DNA of 64,000 nucleotides, taken from assembly GCA_963798915.1 (NCBI GenBank), contig CAWCVB010000005.1:1-64000 (forward strand), in the 5' to 3' direction. This stretch comes from an uncultured Gemmatimonadales bacterium (GTDB lineage Bacteria; Gemmatimonadota; Gemmatimonadetes; Gemmatimonadales; GWC2-71-9). The position numbers and the translations under genes were made by a program. Numbering within the stretch: the stretch's first letter is position 1; each line of letters begins with the position of its first letter. Under the pieces are notes generated by a model, which saw only the letters and a program-made list of their open reading frames with translations, was not told the origin of the DNA and searched no databases. Of the stretch, positions 59,171-64,000 are shown one piece after another.

Positions 59171-60633
59171 GACTGCTGCGTCATCTCGCGTGGGCGCCAT
59201 TGCTGCTCGTCGCTCTGCGTCCGGCCGTGGCGCAGGTCCCCGCGGTGCGTTCACTCTCACTGCAGGAAGCACTGACGCAGGGTCAGCAGGCGAGCGAACG
59301 CACCGGAATCGCGCGTGCCGGCGTGCTGCGCGCCCGCGGGCAGCTCAAGCAGGCGCGCAGCGCGTTCTTTCCGCAGCTCAGTGGCAGCGCCAGCTACACC
59401 CGGACGCTTGCCTCGCAGTTTTCGCGGGCGGCAGAGGCCGACACGACCAGCGAGCCAGCACCGGAGTGCCGCCGCTTCACCGCGGATCCCACCTTGCCGA
59501 TCGGCGACCGGGTCGATTCGCTCGAAAGCGCGCTCGAATGCCAATCGCGGCAGAACCCCCTCGCACTCTTCAAGGACCTGCCCTTCGGCCGGGCCAACCA
59601 GTACAACCTCGGGCTGCAGGCCTCCCAGACGCTCTTTGCCGGTGGCCGCGTGGCTGGCCGGGCCGATGCTGCGCGGGCTGGCCTGCGCTCGGCGGAGATC
59701 GCCCTCTCGAGCGCCCAAGCACAGACGGCGCTCGACGTGACGCAGGCCTACTACGACGCCGTTCTGGCGGACCGGCTGCTCGCCATTGCCGACTCGACCC
59801 TGCGACAGGCCGAACGGACCTACGAGAACACTCGCCTCGGCTACCAGGTTGGCAACGTGGCCGAATTCGACCTGCTGCGGGCGCAGGTGGCCCGCGACAA
59901 CGCACGGCCCGCCGTGATCACGCGTCGCTCGCAACGTGACGTCGCCTATCTCCGTCTCAAGCAGTTGCTGGAGATTCCGCTGGCCGATACGATCGCGCTC
60001 GAAACGCCACTGGGCGATTCCAGCGACTCGCTGCCGCCACCGCCACTCGGCGCGATGTCGGCCGATACCGGCGTCGAGTCGCGCGCCAGCGTTCGCCAGG
60101 CGGTGGAAGCGGTGCGCGCTGCGGAGGGGACCGAGAAGTCCGTGCGGGGCGGGGCGCTGCCACAGGTGCAGGTCACGTCCAGCTACGCCCGGCTGGGCTA
60201 TCCTGACGATGTGTTCCCTTCGTGGAGCGACTTTGTCACCGACTGGACCGTCTCGCTGGCGGTATCGGTGCCGCTCTTTACCGGCGGCCGCATTGCCGGC
60301 GAGAAGCAGGTAGCGCAAGCCAACGTGGACGAAGCCCGGCTGCAGCTGCGGCAGGCGCGGGAACTGGCGGCGCTCGACAACAGGAGCGCGGACGCCAACC
60401 TCGCCGCCGCCGAGGCGGGCTGGCAGGCGAGCAGCGGCGTGGTGGCGCAGGCGCAGCGGGCCTATCACATCGCCGAGATCCGATTTCGTGAGGGCCTCTC
60501 GACCCAGACAGAACTGGGTGATGCCCGGGTGCAGCTGCAGCAGGCCATGGCCAACCGGGCGCAAAGTGCGCGCGATCTCCAGGTGGCGCGGGTGCGGACG
60601 GCGCTATTGGGAAATTTGCCGACGTCACCATGA
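59167..60633 (+). CDS. TolC family outer membrane efflux protein
   Basis: Signal peptide, LSLQEAL, ARSAFFPQLS, VSVPLFTGG; ATGA overlap with tetR. Confidence 0.9.
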   Translation: MRLLRHLAWAPLLLVALRPAVAQVPAVRSLSLQEALTQGQQASERTGIARAGVLRARGQLKQARSAFFPQLSGSASYTRTLASQFSRAAEADTTSEPAPECRRFTADPTLPIGDRVDSLESALECQSRQNPLALFKDLPFGRANQYNLGLQASQTLFAGGRVAGRADAARAGLRSAEIALSSAQAQTALDVTQAYYDAVLADRLLAIADSTLRQAERTYENTRLGYQVGNVAEFDLLRAQVARDNARPAVITRRSQRDVAYLRLKQLLEIPLADTIALETPLGDSSDSLPPPPLGAMSADTGVESRASVRQAVEAVRAAEGTEKSVRGGALPQVQVTSSYARLGYPDDVFPSWSDFVTDWTVSLAVSVPLFTGGRIAGEKQVAQANVDEARLQLRQARELAALDNRSADANLAAAEAGWQASSGVVAQAQRAYHIAEIRFREGLSTQTELGDARVQLQQAMANRAQSARDLQVARVRTALLGNLPTSP

Positions 60634-60920
60634 CGGACAGGATGGGCAGGGCAGACAGGACGGGACCGAACGTCGCGCATGGCCCCTGTCATCCCGAGCG
60701 AGGGATCTGGCGGCCAGCGTCGGGACGGGGGCAGGTAGATCCTTCGGCCGCTGCGCGGCCTCTGGATGACACCTGCCATGAGATCGCCTCGAGCAGAGTC
60801 GCCGCAGGCGACACGAGCCGAGCCGCCGCTTTCGCGGAGGTGACGATATGCTCGACCCGCGCACGGGCAGAGCCATGGCTCTGCACCGACGCGTAGCTCA
60901 ATGACCGACGACGATACACC

Positions 60921-62051
60921 ATGAAAGCAGCACACATCGCCCTCGCCGCATTCCTCATTCTTGCCGGCTGCAAGAGCAAGGCAGAGGAGACGCCGGCCGC
61001 ACCACCGCCCGCGCTGCTGGGCCCGGAGAACATCGCCGTGGCGGACACGGCGACCCTGGTGGCGGGCCCGGTAATCTCGGGGACGCTCACGCCTGAGCTG
61101 GGGGCTACGGTGCGAGCCGAGATTGGCGGATCGCTGGTGGAGGTGGACGCCGACCAGGGGATGACGGTGAAGAAGGGCCAGGTGCTGGGGCGGATTGACG
61201 ACACCTCGCTGCGCGATGCATTTCTGAGCGCGCGCGCTGGCCTGCGCACCGCCGAGAGCAACCTCGAGCTGCAGCGCCGCAACCTGGAGCGCACCCAGCG
61301 ACTGCATGCAGCGGGCGCGGTGGCGGAGCGCGACCTCGAGACGGCAGCGCTCAGCGTCAAGAACGCCGAAGGCGCCGCAGCCGACGCCCGGGCGCGCCTC
61401 ACATCAGCACAGCGCCAGCTCGACAAGACCACCCTGCGTGCTCCGTTCAGCGGCATCGTGAGCGAGGCGGGCGTGAGCGAGGGAGACGTGGTCACCACCG
61501 GCACGGCGCTCTTTTCCGTGGTGGATCCTTCCACCATGCGGCTGGAGGGATCGGTGCCGGTGCAGCAGCTCTCGGAGGTGAAGCAGGACATGGCGGTGCG
61601 GTTCTCGGTGAGCGGATACCCCGATCGCGTGTTCGAGGGGCGGATCGAACGGGTCAACCCGGTGGTCGATCCCACGACCCGCCAGGTGCGGGTGATCGTG
61701 ACGGTGCCGAATGCGTCGCGCTCGCTGGTGGGTGGCCTCTATGCCGAGGGCCGTGTGGCGACGGAAATGCGCCACGCCGTGGTGGTCCCGACGGCCGCCG
61801 TGAACCGGCGGGGCATCCGCCCTGAAGTGGTGCGCCTCAAGCGCGGCCGGGTCGAGAAGGTGCGGGTGGGGCTGGGGATCGAGGATGCGGTGAACGAGCG
61901 TGCCGAGGTGACCTCGGGCCTGGCAGCCGGCGACACGGTGCTCATCGGCGCGGCGCAGGGGCTGACACCGGGCACCGTGGCGCGGGTGCGGGCGCCTCGC
62001 GAGACTGAGACCGAGGCGGCGACGCCGGGTGATACCAATGTTCATCAGTGA
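60921..62051 (+). CDS. RND efflux periplasmic adaptor lipoprotein
   Basis: Lipobox LAGC, VKKGQVL, LRAPFSG, VDPTTR, GLAAGD. Confidence 0.92.
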   Translation: MKAAHIALAAFLILAGCKSKAEETPAAPPPALLGPENIAVADTATLVAGPVISGTLTPELGATVRAEIGGSLVEVDADQGMTVKKGQVLGRIDDTSLRDAFLSARAGLRTAESNLELQRRNLERTQRLHAAGAVAERDLETAALSVKNAEGAAADARARLTSAQRQLDKTTLRAPFSGIVSEAGVSEGDVVTTGTALFSVVDPSTMRLEGSVPVQQLSEVKQDMAVRFSVSGYPDRVFEGRIERVNPVVDPTTRQVRVIVTVPNASRSLVGGLYAEGRVATEMRHAVVVPTAAVNRRGIRPEVVRLKRGRVEKVRVGLGIEDAVNERAEVTSGLAAGDTVLIGAAQGLTPGTVARVRAPRETETEAATPGDTNVHQ

Positions 62052-64000
62052 TTTTGCGATCAGGCGGCCCATCGTCACCATCGTGACGATGCTGGCGCTG
62101 GTTGTCTTTGGCCTGTTCTCGCTGCTGCGCCTCCAGACCGATGAGTTTCCCGAGGTCGCGCCGCCCTACGTCTCCGTCAGCCTGGTCTATCCGGGCGGAT
62201 CGCCCGAAGGGGTGGAGAACGAAGTACTGGATCCAGTGGAAGAAGCCATCTCCTCCATCAGCGGCGTGAAGAAGATCATGGGAACGGCCGAGGACAACTA
62301 CGGCCTGATCCTCATCGAGTTCGTGTTCGACAAGCCGCTGCCCGAGGCGACCCAGGACATCCGCGACGCCATCTCGGAGATCCGCTCCGACCTGCCGGAC
62401 GAGCTGGAAGAGCCCATCATCAAGAAGATGAACGACACCGACCAGCCGATTGTCTCGCTGGCGCTGACGTTCATCGTCGCTGTCGCCGGCGGAACTCACG
62501 CGGCTGGCCGATCCTGGCATCACCCGTGAATTACGCTCGATTCCGGGCGTGGCCGAGGTGAATGTGGTGGGCGAACTGGAGCGTGAACTCACGGTCGAGT
62601 TGCGGCCGGACGCACTCCAGGCCGCGGGCGTGAGCGTGGCGCAGGTGGTCCAGGCACTCAACCAGCAGAACCTCGCTGCGCCGGTGGGACGGGTGACCGG
62701 CAACCTGCAGGAACGCTCCATCCGGCTGGTGGGGCGGTTGCAGGGGCCAGCCGAGTTCGAGCAGCTGGTGGTGAGCGAGCGGGATGGGAACATCATCCGG
62801 CTGGGACAGGTCGCGACGGTGCACGACGGGACCGAGGAACAGCGCAGCCTGGCGCTGTTCAACCAGAAGGAAGCGGTCGGCATCGACATCAAGAAGTCGC
62901 GCGGCTACAGCACCACCGACGTGAGCTCCCGGATCCTGACGCGGGTTCGCCAGCTCGAGTCCACGCTGCCGGAGGACGCCAAGCTCGAGGTGGTGGTGGA
63001 CGCGGGCACGCGAGTCCACGCGGCGGTGCGCAACGTGCAGGAGGCGCTGGTCGAAGGCGCCATCCTCACGGTGTTCGTGGTCTTCCTGTTTCTGAACTCC
63101 TGGCGCAGTACCGTCATCACCGGTCTCGCCCTGCCCGTCTCGGTGCTGGCGTCGTTCGTGGCGGTGTGGGCCTTCGGGTTCACGCTCAACACCATGTCGC
63201 TGCTGGGACTCTCGCTCGCCATCGGGATCCTGATCGACGATGCCATCGTGGTGCGCGAGAACATCGTGCGCCACGTGGAGATGGGAAAGGATCACTACAC
63301 GGCGGCGCGTGAGGGCACCGACGAGATCGGGCTCGCGGTGGCGGCGACCACCTTCTCGATCCTCGCCGTCTTCGCGCCGATCGCTTTCATGTCGGGTGTC
63401 GGCGGGCAGTGGTTCAAGCCCTTCGCGCTGACCATCGCCTGTTCGGTGCTGGTCTCGCTCTTTGTCTCCTTCTCGCTCGACCCGATGCTCTCGGCCTACT
63501 GGCCTGACCCTCAGCTCGAAGAGGGCGAGAAGAACTGGATTACCCGGAAGCTCGACCGCTTCAATGACTGGTTCGGTCGGCTGGCGGACGGGTACCGGCA
63601 TGTGATCGGATGGGCGCTCGACCATCGCCTGGCCGTGGTGGTCGTGGCGCTGGGCGCCTTCTTCGGCTCATTCACCCTGCCCATGAAGGGCCTGAGCGGC
63701 CTGGGCGCCGTGGCGGTCGGCATCGTGGTCATGGTCTGGGGCCTGACGCATTTCCACGACAAGCGCTGGCTGCGGCTCCTGTTCATCCCGCTGGGCCTGC
63801 TGGTAGCTGGGGGGATCTACTCGCGGATGGGCGAGTGGGGGAAGGTGGGCGTCGGTTTCTTCCCGGAAGAAGATCGGTCGGAGTTCTACATCAAGATCGA
63901 GACGCCGCCCGGGTCGAATCTCGAGTACACCCGGCTCAAGGCCGCCGAAGCGGTGCGACTGGTCGCAGCGCACCCCGAAGTGCGCTACACCTACACCACG
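62038..64000 (+). CDS. RND efflux permease (AcrB/MdtC-like), frameshift near 62470, runs off the window
   Basis: MFISDFAIRRP, YPGGSPE, LNTMSLLGLSLAIGILIDDAIVVRENI, VSFSLDPMLSA. Confidence 0.92.

Overview
GC-rich bacterial chromosomal window. The gene inventory (large Ser/Thr kinase with TPR-like repeats, paralogous 'DSAGVEIV' beta-propeller lipoproteins, PEP-CTERM protein, S9 peptidase) suggests Gemmatimonadota; this is inference only. About 50 CDS; no rRNA, tRNA, CRISPR array, integrase or transposase seen. Many conserved genes carry single-base frameshifts, probably assembly indels. Three things stand out. (1) An operon of overlapping genes, rmuC / addB-like / addA-like / pafB-like / pafC-like, joins a helicase-nuclease end-resection machine to a WYL regulator pair with no pafA/pup in the window. 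(2) Intergenic DNA is densely filled with 7/8/9-mer tandem arrays (G-rich arm left, C-rich arm right) nested around several REP-like palindrome families. These arrays bracket a four-helix-bundle gene as inverted arms, and related repeats occur in frame inside CDSs. (3) The first ~9 kb is a mosaic of diverged, duplicated gene fragments (macro domain, Mesh1-like HD, Uma2, a small hypothetical gene) whose breakpoints coincide with those repeats. Many genes also look leaderless (TANNNT 5-7 nt before ATG).
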